Notes: generated by a model not told the origin, from the sequence alone. DNA of 64,000 nucleotides from Tubulanus polymorphus (GCF_964204645.1 NC_134027.1:23522560-23586559); one strand, 5' to 3'. Shown: positions 1 to 13,554, counted from the first letter of the stretch. Program-made: numbers and translations.

Positions 1-184
1 CTTCAAGGCTGAGAACTATTAATCATCTTTTAGAAAGGGTTTGTCTCTCATTCATTCAATTGTGTAACTGATATCTGTGAATAGCCTACAATCAACAGAT
101 ACCACATTGAAATCTAATATTCTTTATTTCAGGCACAATTCCTGTTTACTGTGGTATGAAGTAAGATTGAGTCAAGCGCAACGC

Positions 185-345
185 TGTAGGAGCATCAGAG
201 GAGGAGTATCGTAGGAGCAGCAGGAGTATCATAGGAGCATCAGAGGAGTGTCATAGGAGCAGCAGGAGTATCGTAGGAGCAGCAGGAGTATCGTAAGAGT
301 TGCAGGAGTATCATAGGAGCAGCAGGAGTATCATAGGAGCAGCTG
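185..345. repeat. ~20-bp minisatellite (gtatcataggagcagcagga)
   Basis: Tandem copies are visible, with a shorter array at ~7480-7580. Confidence 0.85.
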
Positions 346-1369
346 AATGCATCACAGAAGAGATAAGGTAAGTAGTTTTAGAATTGTGATCATTCATACC
401 CATTTATTGATAGAGGAGTTGAAGATGTTCAGTACCAGAGTTCAGTTTATCTTCTAACAGACTAAAACAAAATGTAGAATCATTATAACGGTTATTGACT
501 ATATCTCCAGCAAGTATCTGTATCCATCTTCAGCTCACTTCACACACAGCTATAGATCAGAGTTACTTACAGCGACCACTGAATCAACCTAATCATTACA
601 CCTGAAATAATGATAACACATTCTATATGAATACATATGAAGCACATCTGAAAACAAAGTGATAGAAAAATAGAAAGTTGTAAAATGTTTTCTGACGCAG
701 TTTGATTTGTGTCAGATTGTAACTGTAGAAGTTTCACTCATTGTTTCAGTCTAATAGAGATATAACTGATGTACATGTAACACTGACTGTTAAACACTGC
801 AGTCATTTATTCACTTATTCCTCCTCAGTTTGAAGAATGTTTGTTCTCTCATCTTCATTAGCGATAAGAATCATTCTCATTTGTGTAACTACAACATCGT
901 AACATTTCTACTTATTCAAATCATAGAGGGAATGAGTAGTATGAGGTTTGGGTATGGAATGGGACAGGGTATGGTGTAGTTGACAGTTGGGGTAGGAAAG
1001 GGTAATGTGATGAGGTAAGGTCGGTTGGATGATGCAGGGTTGTTTGATGTGGTTGGATTCGATGATGGTTTAATATAGAACTGTTTGGGGGTAAGTGATG
1101 TAAGTAGTAGTGTACGGTGTGTATGTTCGGAGGGTGTATGATAATGGATTGAAAGGTTGCTGGTAGAGGGTGGTACAGTAGCATCCTCACTCACCAGGGC
1201 TCGGGTTGCTTCCTGCTGAAGCTCATGTCTACACAAACGCTGCCCACAACTTTATCCATCGGTCTGTTGGAACACAAGGAATTATCAGCCAATGAAAACT
1301 GAGGAATTATCCAGCCAATGAAAACAGAGGAATTGTCCAGCCAATGAAATTATGGAAATATACCACCTG

Positions 1370-1915
1370 ACCCACCCGCCTGACCCCTGGCAGTGACCTG
1401 TCTGCCCACACGGCAACCCACCCACTCTCCATCCGCCTGACCCCTTGCAGTGACCTGTCTGCCCACACGGCAACCCACCCACTCTCCACCCGCCCGACCG
1501 CTGGCAGCTACCTGTTCACCCACACGGCAACCCACCCATTCTCCACCCGCCTGACCCCTTGCAGTGACCTGTCTGCCCACACGGCAACCCACCCACTCTC
1601 CACCCGCCCGACCGCTGGCAGCTACCTGTTCACCCACACGGCAACCCACCCATTCTCCACCCGCCTGACCCCTGGCAGTGACCTGTCTGCCCACACGGCA
1701 ACCCACCCACTCTCCATCCGCCTGACCCCTTGCAGTGACCTGTCTGCCCACACGGCAACCCACCCACTCTCCACCCGCCCGACCCCTGGCAGCTACCTGT
1801 TCACCCACACGGCAACCCACCCACTCTCCACCCGCCCGACCCCTGGCAGTGACCTGTCTGCCCACACGGAAACCCACCCACTCTCCACCCGCCCGACCCC
1901 TGGCAGTGACCTGTT
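1370..1915. repeat. 57-bp C-rich minisatellite (~9 units)
   Basis: Unit acccacccactctccacccgcccgacccctggcagtgacctgtctgcccacacggca. It explains the 19-aa periodic spurious ORFs. Confidence 0.95.
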
Positions 1916-1930
1916 CGCCCGGCGGTGGTC

Positions 1931-2366
1931 TAAAGCCTAGCCTTCATCGACACTGCGATTGGAGACAACTAGTTGCCAGGCACTTTTCGGCGCATGAGAG
2001 CAGCTGGCTGGATACAATCAGTGTGAGCTACCTTACGATTGGTTAGCGCCCATCTGTCTCCAGTTCCAGCCAGTTACTCATGTTCTACTCTTGTGCAACT
2101 AGTTGTACTCAGTTACTGTCATATCTGTCGATGTGAACGCTCCATAATCAAAAACACATGGTTGTAACTGACTAATACAAAGCAACGAGTCACATGACTT
2201 GAGATGCCTTGAGAATATTTGCTAGATAACACATCTCAGATGCTGTCGATGTGTGCGCGCTATGGACCTAGCGACCGGCATGAGCCATACAGTTGCTGGT
2301 TTTCATTAGATGGGTACTCACCCACTAGTTGCCTCTAGTTGCTTTGTCGAAGTATGCTTAGCTTTA
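1931..2366. mobile_element. MITE with imperfect TIRs (family also at ~8926-9858 and ~21852-22272)
   Basis: Ends are taaagcctagccttcatcgaca and tgtcgaagtatgcttagcttta. A homologous dispersed copy lies in a RELCH intron. Confidence 0.65.
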
Positions 2367-3067
2367 TAGACCTGTGAAGGAAGTTTCATCAGTGTTTGTG
2401 AGTTTCAGGGGAAGGCAACCAGACCCTGGCGAGTGAGGATGTGTAGTAGTGATGCTGGTATGGTATGTGTAAGGTAGGGGGCGGTGTGTGTAGAGTGTTA
2501 AGGATAGGGTAAGGTACAGTTAGAGGAATATGAAAGTGTAAGTTTGGGTAATGTGGGGTCAGGATGTTTGGTGTTGTTGAGGTGAGGGTGAATTCAGTAG
2601 AATTTATCCATGTCAAGTGTCCAAGTGGCAAATTTGGAAAATTATTTTTGAGTCATACCTAAGAAAATGGGCTTCTAAAATCATTTGACCAGTCTTATAA
2701 GATTGACTTAAGAACTAAAATGGTCTTACCCTGGTCTTAAGTCGTAAGATTGGCTATAGAACCAAAATGAGTTTAGATTGGTCTTAAGTTGTAAGATTGG
2801 CTATAGAACCTAAATGAGTTTAGACTGGTCTTAAGTTGTTAGCTTGGCAATAGAACCAAAATGAGCGTAGACAGGTCTTAAGTTGTTAGATTATTGTTAG
2901 AACCAAAATCAGTTAGAACCAAAAATCAAAAAGACTAAGAGGCAAATTTGGAAAAATGGATTCAGGTCTGATCCGTGTGATCCAGTTGACCTAGGATTAT
3001 TTGATTAGAGTCAGACTCATTGATTACGTAGGGGGTAATAGATGGAGCCACAGTTTGTGCTTTAAAC

Positions 3068-3855
3068 CACAGGGGTTTGGCGATGGGCTTGGATTTTATT
3101 TCCGGGTTGTTGATAATCTCGCGAGAATGGCGCTAAATATGAACTGCGAATAAATTCAAAATATCACGGAAATACCTTGTGTTTATATTGTTTATTTATC
3201 CGCTATAAAGTTCTGATAAACAATTGGTCGTTAAGAATCATTATCAGACGGTCGTCACGCTTTACTATATAAAATCACAAGGGATGAAACGCCAGGCCTC
3301 CGCTGTACTTAAATTTTCAGCCAGAAAGTTGGGACAGTCACGTGACATTCTGATGACGTCATCGCATTTAAAACTTCAACACGAAAAGTTAACATATTCA
3401 CAGACCGATATCAATTGTCAGATTATGATTCATATGAAATAAATAACTTATAAGTAATAAATTATGACGAAATATATAATTCATAGTAAAAAAATGCATT
3501 TGAATGTAAGTTATTCTCAAATATTTTTCGTATCATAGTTTCCATCTTATATGCTTCAGGTTCGCGTTCAGTCAAATAAGAAGCGTTAAGTCACGTGACT
3601 GTCCCAACTTTCTGGCTGGCACAACTCTGAAGGCGTTTCATCCCTTGTTCTTTTATATAGTAGCGTGACGACCGTCTGATAATGATTCTTAACGACCAAT
3701 TGTTTATCGAAACTTTATAGCGGATAAATAAACAATATAAACACAAGGTATTTCCGTGATATTTTGAATTTATTCGCAGTTCATATTTAGCGCCATTCTC
3801 GCGAGATTATCAACAACCCGGAAATAAAATCCAAGCCCATCGCCAAACCCCTGTG
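3068..3855. mobile_element. Non-autonomous DNA transposon with ~280-bp TIRs and 8-bp TSD
   Basis: Termini CACAGGGGTTTGGCGATGGG...CCCATCGCCAAACCCCTGTG. Direct repeat CTTTAAAC at 3060-3067 and 3856-3863. Confidence 0.92.
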
Positions 3856-4521
3856 CTTTAAACAATGGTGAATGATGCTCTTGGCTTTTCACTCACCAGG
3901 AGAAAGTCCCCCCCCCATAACTTCTTTAGATAGAAATCTCCATATAGAATTCTGTTTTTGTCTTATTTGTCTGTGTATATATGTCTGGAAATGGTGACAT
4001 GGATGGTGATAGGACAGTACAGCCTGGGTGATGTTGGGGTAGGCTAATGTGATTCAGAGAAAGTGGTATTACCTCCTTCCCTTCCTCCTTCCCGCGCTTA
4101 CTATTCCACAATCTCTATATGAGATACATCGAGAATGATGCGATTGAAGATTGAATTCATCGATTCATTTAGGAATTGAAACTTGTTTCATTGAATAAAT
4201 GTTACTGCAAATAAACAATATCATCAAACGATATGATTGTGATTGACCATAGTGAGCCACTGCCCTAGTGCAGTTTTATGTCACAAAAAGCTTTTTTCCA
4301 CTCGATACAACAGATGATAGTGCTACCAATCGGAATGCCTGTGTAGGGCAAGTAATTTTTGTAGGTGACAAGCAAAATTTCAGATATGCTTGCCCCCTGG
4401 GCAAGTGGATTTCATTCCTGGGACCCTGTAAAAGTACTGATTGAGATGGATTTAAACCCAGTTCAATTACTATATTTCCTATATATTCACTTACCGCCTG
4501 GTGGTACTGATACAGAGCAAG

Positions 4522-4558
<37 letters not shown>
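4522..4558. repeat. (GA)n microsatellite
   Basis: Seen directly. Confidence 0.95.
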
Positions 4559-4560
<2 letters not shown>

Positions 4561-5339
4561 ATAAGAAAAAGAAAGAACATGAAAAGAGTGGGGTCCGAGA
4601 GCAATTCGAAGGTTTAGAGTCCTGCACGCTTAGATGGCGGGCAGGGGTCTATTCCTACCTCGACTCAAAAAGAAAAAAGATTGAAAAGATTGGTGAGCTT
4701 AAAGCCACCAAGCACAAAAGTGGGGTCAAAAAGGTAGTCCACTACTGGCTTAGAGAGCGGGCAGTGGTCTATTCCTACCTCACGTGCTTAAAAATGTTTG
4801 CAAAAAATGGCAAATAAGAAAGTGTGTGAGAGTGAGAGTGAGAGAGAGGAGGTGCTGAGTTTCATGTATCACTGGGCGTAACGTGACAAATATAAGAAAT
4901 AATTCACAGAAAATCTTGAATAATTGTGTTGTGGGTTCAGAGTCTATTTCTCATCAGTTTGCTATTTGTAAAGCTTGTAGTCCGGTAAAAACAATTCAGA
5001 GATTTGTGAATCAGAAGATTTTGCCGTCATTTTCTTCATGAATCGTTCAATTGTTAAAATGAATCATGTGACACACATGTAAAATACTGTTACTGATTCG
5101 TCATCGTCTGATGGTGTCTTAATATTCAATATGTTGCAGGTATTGTCTCCTAGTATTTCACATGGAATTGAGGAGTAGTTTGAGGGATTGGGAGGGTTGG
5201 AGAAGCATTGAGATGTCTAAAGGGAGGAGGCTGAGAGATGGAGCGACCCCATCAATCACTCATGACGCTCTGTACTGTCCTAGCTCCACCCCTTATATCA
5301 CATCACATACCTCCCAACCTTCCACAGACACCACCCCCG

Positions 5340-6250
5340 ACCTCACCCTCACCTCTACAACACCAAACATCATGACCCCGCATTACCCAAACTCACACTT
5401 TAATATTACTCTTACTGTACCTTACTCTATCCTTAACACTCTACACACACCGCCCCCTACCTTACACATACCATACCAGCATCACACCTGTGCCGCCCTC
5501 TACCAGCAACTTTTCTCCATTATCATACACCTCCCTAACTATACATCGTACACTACCACATACACCCACCCCAAACTGTTCTATATTAAACTGATCATCT
5601 AATCCAGCCATATCAAACAACCCTGCATCATCCAACCTGATCTTACCTTATCACATTGTCCTATCCTCCCCTAACGTGTCAACTCCCATACCCTGTCTCA
5701 TTCCATACCAAAACGCCATACTCCTCATTCCCTCTATGATTGAATAAGTAGAAATGTTACGATGTTGTTGTTACACGGATAAGAATGATTCTTGTCGCTA
5801 ATGAAGATGAGAGAACAAACATTCTTCTTACCGAGGAGGAATAATTGAATAAATGATTGCAGTGTTAAACAGTCAGTGTTACATGAACATCAGTTATATC
5901 TCTTTTAGACTGAAGCAATGAGTGAAAATTCTACAGTTACAATCTGACACAAATCAAACTGCGTCAGAAAACATTTTACAACTTTCTCATTTTCTATCAC
6001 TTTGGTTTCAGATGTGCTTCATGTGTATTCATATAGAATGTGTTATCATTATTTCAGTTGTTATGATTAGATTGATTCAATGGTCGCTGTAAGGAACTCT
6101 GATCTATAGCTGTGTGTGAAGTGAGCTGAAGATGGATACAGATACTTGCTGGCGACAAATTTAATAACCATTATAATGATTCTGCATTTAGTTTTAGTCT
6201 GTTAGAAGATTTACTGAATTTTGGTCCTGAACATGTTTCAACTCCATACG
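5340..6250 (-). repeat. Inverted copy of ~410-1170 plus ~2445-2590
   Basis: For example, 5741-5827 is the reverse complement of ~831-918, and 5340-5485 of ~2445-2590. Confidence 0.85.
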
Positions 6251-6447
6251 ATAGCTGGTATGTGTATGACAACAGAATTTCAACAATTTATTACATGAAT
6301 TTGATAAATAAGAATCTGTTATTTTCATTTCAGTGTCAATCATTGCTGGGGAGTTGTAGAATCTGATATAGAACTGATTTTCACAGTCAGCTACACACAT
6401 TAACGGTATGTATTACATGTGTATGGATACAATTTAAATAAATCACA

Positions 6448-6662
6448 CTAGTTCTGCCTTATCATCGTCATCATCATCTAGTTCTTTATCCTCGTCATCA
6501 TCATCATCATCTAGTTCTGCCTCCTCCTCATCATCATCATCTAGTTCTGCCTCCTCCTCATCATTATCATCACCATCTAGTTCTGCCTCCTCCTCATCAT
6601 CATCATCATCATAGTTTAGTTCTGCCTCCTTATCATCATCATCTAGTTCTGCCTCCTCCTCA
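6448..6662. repeat. (CAT)n-containing minisatellite (tctagttctgcctcctcctcatcatcatc)
   Basis: Variable-length tandem units, with a paralogous array at ~10363-10562. Confidence 0.9.
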
Positions 6663-8589
6663 GTAGCAGTGTGCATCCTGAGGAAGCAATCAGTCCTCCT
6701 GCAATCACAGATTGCCCGCTCTTAAGGAGGTCAGGTGACGTTGGGTCTCTAGTTCACCTCGATTTAGGCTTCTCAGTAACTGTTTGAGTTTGGAGCTGCA
6801 TCTTACCCGACTAGATTGGCCGACCAGCTTGTATCGTTTGTGATTATACATTTTGTTTTAACCTGTTAGGAGATGACCAATTACCAGAAGACCAGGGATG
6901 ACCAATTAACCAATTGCAAGATGACCAGAAATGACCAATGGCTAAGCAATGACCAGCGATTACAGATTGCCAGTATAATTGTGTGATTGATTTTCTGTTT
7001 GTGAATGAACTTGAGAACAGTCACTGTTCTTTAATCCAATCAGTTACGGCCATGCTTTGATAAAATCTCTTGCACAATCACCTCTAAACCTCTTGCACAA
7101 TCACCTCTAAACCTCTTACACAATCATTTCTATCTCATCTCTGTAATAAATACTCTTATTTTAACTCTCATCAGTCAAAACGTGGTTGTCATTGATGTTC
7201 ACAGAAACTGAAATCCCAGAATCTATTTTGTTATAATTACAGTGACCTCCTTTTCTTATTGTTAGATACAAGCAACAGATTTCATCAATCAATCCTTCCT
7301 TCAAGGCTGAGAACTATTAATCATCTTTTAGAAAGGGTTTGTCTCTCATTCATTCAATTGTGTAACTGATATCTGTTAATAGTCTACAATCAACAGATAC
7401 CACATTGAAATCTAATATTCTTTATTTCAGGCACAATTCCTCTTTACTGTGGTATGAAATAAGATTGAGTCAAGCGCAATGCTGTAGGAGCATCAGAGGA
7501 GGAGTATCGTTGGAGCAGCAGGAGTATCGTAAGAGTAGCAGGAGTATCATAGGAGCAGCAGGAGTATCATAGGAGCAGCTGAATGAATCACAGAAGAGAT
7601 AAGATAAGTAGTTTTAGAATTGTGATCATTCATACCCATTTATTGATAGAAGAGTTGAAGATGTTCAGTACCAGAGTTCAGTTTATCTTCTAACAGACTA
7701 AAACTAAATGTAGAATCATTATAACGGTTATTGAATATATCTCCAGCAAGTATCTGTATCAATCTTTAGCTCACTTCACACACAGCTATAGATCAGAGTT
7801 CCTTACAGCGACCACTGAATCAACCTAATCATTACAACTGAATTAATGATATGAATACACATGAAGCACATCTGAAACCAAAGTGATAGAAAATGAGAAA
7901 GTTGTAAAATGTTTTCTGACGCAGTTTGATTTGTGTCAGATTGTAACTGTAGAAGTTTCACTCATTGTTTCAGTCTAATAGAGGTATAACTGATGTACAT
8001 GTAACACTGACTGTTAAACACTGCAGTCATTTATTCACTTATTCCTCCTCAGTTTGAAGAATGTTTGTTCTCATCTTCATTAGCGATAAGCATCATTCTC
8101 ATCTGTGTAACTACAACATCGTAACATTTCTACTTATTCAATCATAGAGGGAATGAGTAGTATGAGGTTTGGGTATGGAATGGGACAGGGTATGGGGTAG
8201 TTGACAGTTAGGGTAGGATAGGGTAATGTGATGAGGTAAGGTAGGTCGGATGATGCAGGGTTGTTTGATGTGTTTGGATTTGATGATGAGTTTAATATAG
8301 AACTGTTTGAGGGTAAGTGATGTAAGTGGTAGTGTAAGGTGTGTATGTTCGGAGGGTGTATGATAATGGATTGAAAGGTTGCTGGTAGAGGGTGGTACAG
8401 TAGCATCCTCACTCACCAGGGCTCGGGTTGATTCCTGCTGAAGCTCACATCTACACAAACGCTGCCCGCAACTTTATCCATCGGTCTGTTGGAACACAAG
8501 GAATTATCAGCCAATGAAAACCGAGGAATTGTCCAGCCAATGAAAACAGAGGAATTATTCAGCCAATGAAATTATGGAAATAAACAGCC

Positions 8590-8910
8590 TGACCCACCCA
8601 CCTGACCCCTGGCAGTGACCTGTCTGCCCACACGGCAACCCACCCACTCTCCATCCGCCTGATCCCTTGCAGTGACCTGTCTACCCACACGGCAAATCCA
8701 TCCACTCTCCACCCGCCCGACCCCTGGCAGTGACCTGTTCACCCACACGGCAACCCACCCACTCTCCACCCGCCCGACCCCTGGCAGTGACCTGTCTGCC
8801 CACACGGCAACCCACTCAGTCTCCACCCGCCCGACTCCTGGCAGTGACCTGTCTGCCCACACGGCAACCCACCCACTCTCCACCCGCCCGACCCCTGGCA
8901 GTGACCTGTT
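8590..8910. repeat. 57-bp minisatellite, second array (~5-6 units)
   Basis: Same unit as 1370-1915. Confidence 0.9.
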
Positions 8911-9181
8911 CGCCCGGCGGTGGTCTTAAGCCTAGCCTTCATTGACACTGCGATTGGAGACAACTAGTTGCCGGGCAGTTTTCGGCGCATGAGAGCAACT
9001 GGCTGGATACAATCAGTGTGAGCTAGCTTACGATTGGTTAGCGTCCATCTGTCTCCAGTTCCAGCCAGTTGCTCATGTTCTACTTTTGAGCAACTAGTTG
9101 TACTCAGTTACTGTCATATCCGTCGATGTGAACGCTCCATAATCAAAACACATGGTTGTAACTGACTAATACAAAGCAACG

Positions 9182-9669
9182 CAGGGGCGGATCCAGGGGG
9201 ATGAGTAGACAGCATTGGAAGGAAATTTAAGGGCACCCTTCTGATCTTAGGGCACACCCAGTATCCAGGTCAATGCGAGCGCCGAAAACTTAAAAGGCAA
9301 AGTGCCCTTTTCTTCGACATTTTCCGCGTATAGTGCCCTCTTCTAAAGTACGAGTGCCCCCTTTAGTCCTCCCTGAAAATGCAAGGACAAGGTGCCCTCA
9401 TCTAAAGCATGAGTACCCCTTGAAAAAGGAAAGTGCCCTTTTTAATTTATCATGATTAAAGGCCTAATATCAAATATGATTATCTCTCCTCACTTTCTCG
9501 GCAGCAGTATTTACCGATTAATTTTATAATTATGCCCGGATTCCGGACACGGAATTAGCGGTTGCTGAAATAATGCCGTCAAAAATATTGCCGGTGAAAT
9601 TTCGAAGGGCACTTAAAACTTCTAGACCGTATTCGGCAATACGGCTAATACGGTCTGGATCCGCCTCTG
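9182..9669. mobile_element. MITE (TIR CAGGGGCGGATCCAG) with 5-bp TSD CAACG, nested in another MITE
   Basis: TIRs caggggcggatccag and ctggatccgcctctg. CAACG occurs at 9177-9181 and 9670-9674. The paralogous empty site (~2177-2192, caaagcaacgagtc) has a single CAACG. Confidence 0.9.
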
Positions 9670-11112
9670 CAACGAGTCACATGACTTGAGATTCCTTGAG
9701 AATATTTGCTAGATAACACATCTCAGATGCTGTCGATGTGTGCGCGCTATGGACCTAGCGACCGGCATGAGCCATACAGTTGCTGGTTTTCATTAGATGG
9801 GTACTCGCTCACTAGCAACTAGTTGTCTCTAGTTGCTTTGTCGAAGTATGCTTAGCTTGGATAAGAGTACAGTTAGAGGAAAAAGAACGTGTAAGTTTGG
9901 GTAATGTGGGGTCAGGATGTTTGGTGTTGTTGAGGTGAGGGTGAATTCAGTAGAATTTATCCATGTCAAGTGTCCAAGTGGCAAATTTGGAAAATTATTT
10001 TTGAGTTATACCTAAGAAAATGGGCTTTTAAAATCATTTGACCAGTCTTATTAGATTGGCTAAAGAACTAAAATGGTCTGAGCCTGGTCTTAAATTAGAT
10101 TAGATTGGCAATAGAACCAAAATGAGCGTAGACTGGTCTTAAGTTGTTAGATTATTGTTAAAATCAAAAAGACTATGATATGAAATGGTGACATGGATGG
10201 TGATATGACAACAGAATTTGAAATAAGAATCTGTTATTTTTATTTCAGTGTCAATCATTGCTGGGGAGTTGTAGAATCTGATATAGAACTGATTTTCACA
10301 GTCAGCTACACACATTAACGGTATGTATTACATGTGTATGGATACAATTTAAATAAATCACACTAGTTCTGCCTTATCATCGTCATCATCATCTAGTTCT
10401 GCATCCTCGTCATCATCATCATCATCTAGTTCTGCCTCATCATCATCATCATCATCTAGTTCTGCATCCTCGTCATCATCATCTAGTTCTGCCTCCTCCT
10501 CATCATCATCATCTTCTAGTTCTGCCTCCTCATCATAATCATCTAGTTCTGCCTCCTCCTCAGTAGCAGTGTGCATCCTGAGGAAGCAATCAGTCCTCCT
10601 GCAAGCACAGCGTTTGGAGCTGCATTTTACCTGACTAGATTGGCTGACCAGCTTGTATCGTTTATGATTCTACATTTTGTTTTAACCTGTTAGGAGATGA
10701 CCAATTACCAGAACACCAGGGATGACCAATTGCCAGGGATGACCAGAAATGACCAATGGCTAAGCAATGACCAGCGATTACAGATTGCCAGTATAATTGT
10801 ATGATTGATTTTCTGTTTGTGAATGAACTTGAGAACAGTCACTGTTCTTTAATCCTATCAGTTACAGCCATGTTTTGGTAAAATCTCTTGCACAATCACC
10901 TCTAAACCTCTTACACAATCACTTCTATCTCATCTCTTTAATAAATACTCTTATTTTAACTCTCACCAAATAAAAACGTGGTTGTCATTGATGTTCACAG
11001 AAACTGAAATCCCAGAATCTATTTTGTAAACCTGAATAAATGTATTTATTATTGTGTTGTGTTGTTTATTCAGCGCGATCTGTGGTGATTCAATCACTTG
11101 ATCCGCTCAAGT

Positions 11113-12252
11113 TTTTAGCCCACTTTGGACTCAAGTCCCAGCGGGCTATTGCGTTCACTTTTCGTCCGTCATCCGTCCGTCCATGTATCTACCCTAGACA
11201 CATCTTCAGCCCAAAAACTGGCCCTGTCAGAATCAAGGTTGTTTGCCAAAATCAGCACTTTATATACGTTTTTGAACTTTTTGAGGGAAATTTTGAAGAC
11301 ATTTTGATCAATTACCTTGATCTTTCATATATATTTAAATCCCCCAGGGCCTATAAGCATAACAAAAATTGGGTTGATCGGATTCAAGATGGCCGTCCTA
11401 TGACCTTTTTAGTGCCCAAAAATGTCAATTATGGCCCGAATTCTGAGTCCTGTAGCTTCCTACTGGTTTGCCATTTCTCATTGCAATTGCTGATGGGTAT
11501 TTTTTGGAAAGGGATGTTTTATACCTGAGATAGGCATTTTGATCAGCCAATTATGACGCAATTTGCGGCCATCTTGGTGTTATCGTTATTCATTCGTAGG
11601 TGGGAAAAAGTTTTTCGACATTATATTGATACCTATTTTGTTACCGCAATGAATTAGAAAGTTGTAGCTTATAAGGTGTTCTATGATTGTAGTGAGTTTC
11701 AAGGTCATTAGTTTTTGTATATGGCCACCAGGGGACGTTGAATAATATAATGTCTTAGTATTTCTCTATTATATTTGTACCAATGCATATTTTGTTACCA
11801 CAATCAATTGCAAAGTTGTAGCTCATGACATCGCCTATGATTGTGGTCTGTTTTAGGACATAAGTTATTCTATATGGTCACCAGGGGGCATTGAATAGTA
11901 AAATAACTTGATGCCTAGGCATATTTTGTTAACATGATCAATAATTGCAAAGTTGTAGTTCATTGTGGCGAGTTTCAAGGTCATTGGGTTTTGAATATGG
12001 TCACCAGGGGGCGTTGAATTGTAGAATAACTTTCCAAGTATTTCCATATTAAATTGGTAACGAGGCATATTTTGTTATACAATCAATTACGTACAAAATC
12101 GTAGCATATGACATGTCTTAGATTGTGGTGAGTTTCAAGGTCATTGGTTTTTGTATACGGTCACCATGGGGCGTTGAATATTGAAATTGTTATATATTGT
12201 TGAGCATTTGAAACCACTTACCAAGTGGGCATGGTGTCCCTGGACCCCTAGT
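11113..12252 (+). mobile_element. Helentron/HINE (DINE-1-like) non-autonomous element with internal tandem repeats
   Basis: Inserted in a T-run. Subterminal IR gcccactt/aagtgggc, 5' (TCCG)n microsatellite, internal repeats (ggtcaccagggggcgttgaat) and a 3' short hairpin followed by CTAGTT. 3' fragments also occur at ~45130-45550. Confidence 0.7.
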
Positions 12253-12489
12253 TTTTAATGTTAACTCCCTCCAAAATTCTGGATCCGATGTTGTCTAAAA
12301 TGGTTGATTTTAAACTTTGTTTCATCATTTCACTAAACTTGTTTAAATCCTCGATTGTCAATCTTCCATATCCGAAACCCGGATCCAGAATTTTGGAATG
12401 TTAACGTAATGATAAAACTGACAGTTTCGGCGACAACTTGAGTTGTAATTACATGTATATCTAAACGCCATGCAAGCACTATTCCGTCG

Positions 12490-12700
12490 CCGTAGTCCAG
12501 TTTTGTCATTTATCGCTTCCGCATCCTCCCGAACACGTGTGTGGCGAACGAATCGTCACGTGGGGATGCGGCCCGGAACCTGTTCATTGAATGCGAGTAG
12601 AGTCTCGCGTGTTAGACTGGTTGCCTGTCCCATTCGATCATCTTCACCCGTCAAGGGATTCAAACCCACTACGCTAAAGCTGTTCCCCGAACCCCTTTAC
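12490..12700 (-). mobile_element. Probable tRNA-derived SINE fragment (related copy at ~40530-40630 on +)
   Basis: Both copies share cagctttagcgtagtgggtt(c/t)gaatcccttgac, which contains a B-box-like GGTTCGAATCCC. Confidence 0.45.
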
Positions 12701-12719
12701 TTTACGTCACGAGTCGTTA

Positions 12720-13225
12720 CTAGCCGACCAGAATCCGGTCCAAGAATCGGCGTATGCGACCAATTTTATACAAAGACGCGTAAGCAGCTTTACAAGTACG
12801 TTTAATATGCTCCTGCATAGTCATACCCTGGTCCAACCAAGCCCCTAGGTCCTTAACAGACTCAGAGGTTGTAATCGGAACACCGTCTACTTCAATCTCA
12901 TTCAACTTTTCTCGTAGACACAAGATTAACAGCCTCCGTCTTTGGAGGGTTCAGCGCGAGCTTATTAGCAGTAAGCCATGATTTAATATCCGTTATACAG
13001 GTCTCCATGTTTTTCACCATTATGTCACGCTGAGTGCGATCACCGAGCGCAACCGAATCAATAAGCTGATTATCATCAGCAAACAGTTGATAATCCAAGG
13101 AATGATCACGCATCACATTGCTCAGCGGTAGGGTGTAGACAGTGAACAATATAGGGCCTAGCACTGATCCCTGCGGCACACCAAATTGGAGAGGAACGGA
13201 TTCCGACAGTTGACCGGAGATGTAG
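12720..13225 (-). mobile_element. Non-LTR retrotransposon RT fragment (CR1/L2-group), frameshifted
   Basis: Motifs GVPQGSVLGPILF, FADD, LALNPPKTE and VKDLGAWLD are split over two frames. Confidence 0.9.
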
Positions 13226-13554
13226 AGTGAAAGAGATAATCTGCATACTTGCGAGTATGCCGAGTATGCTAATCGATTATGAACCAATGTTCATAAAAAT
13301 GATGGATTATGACATAATCCATGCTCATAAAAACGTTTTGCATACTCGAATATACTAATCGAGTGTTTCATAAAAAGGCCTTGGGTTTGAAATCGGTTTC
13401 GGTTTGTAGGAAATTCGTCTTTGTTCAGGAAACCGCTTTGCGAGCGTTTGTAACATCAAATGGCCGAATAAGGAAATTTCTGCGTTTTCGTTCTGTCGCA
13501 TTTGTTCACACTACGGTAAAACCTTGTAATATAGCTATTTCCAGAATCTCATTG

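Larger units (their letters stand above)
1..11040. repeat. Complex tandem segmental duplication (period ~7.3 kb) whose second copy has internal deletions
   Basis: Sequence from position 1 (cttcaaggctgagaactattaatc) recurs at 7299 and stays collinear to ~2940/10175. Block ~6265-7240 recurs at ~10205-11030. Confidence 0.9.

Noticed and set aside
1370-1915. CRISPR-like regular repeats (also at 48840-49080 and 57105-57560)
   Set aside because: The units are contiguous with no unique spacers, there are no cas genes, and the context is eukaryotic.
6443-6676. Acidic D/E-rich ORF (and its copy at 10358-10576)
   Set aside because: It is a translation of a (CAT)n minisatellite with a GTG start and no supporting exons.
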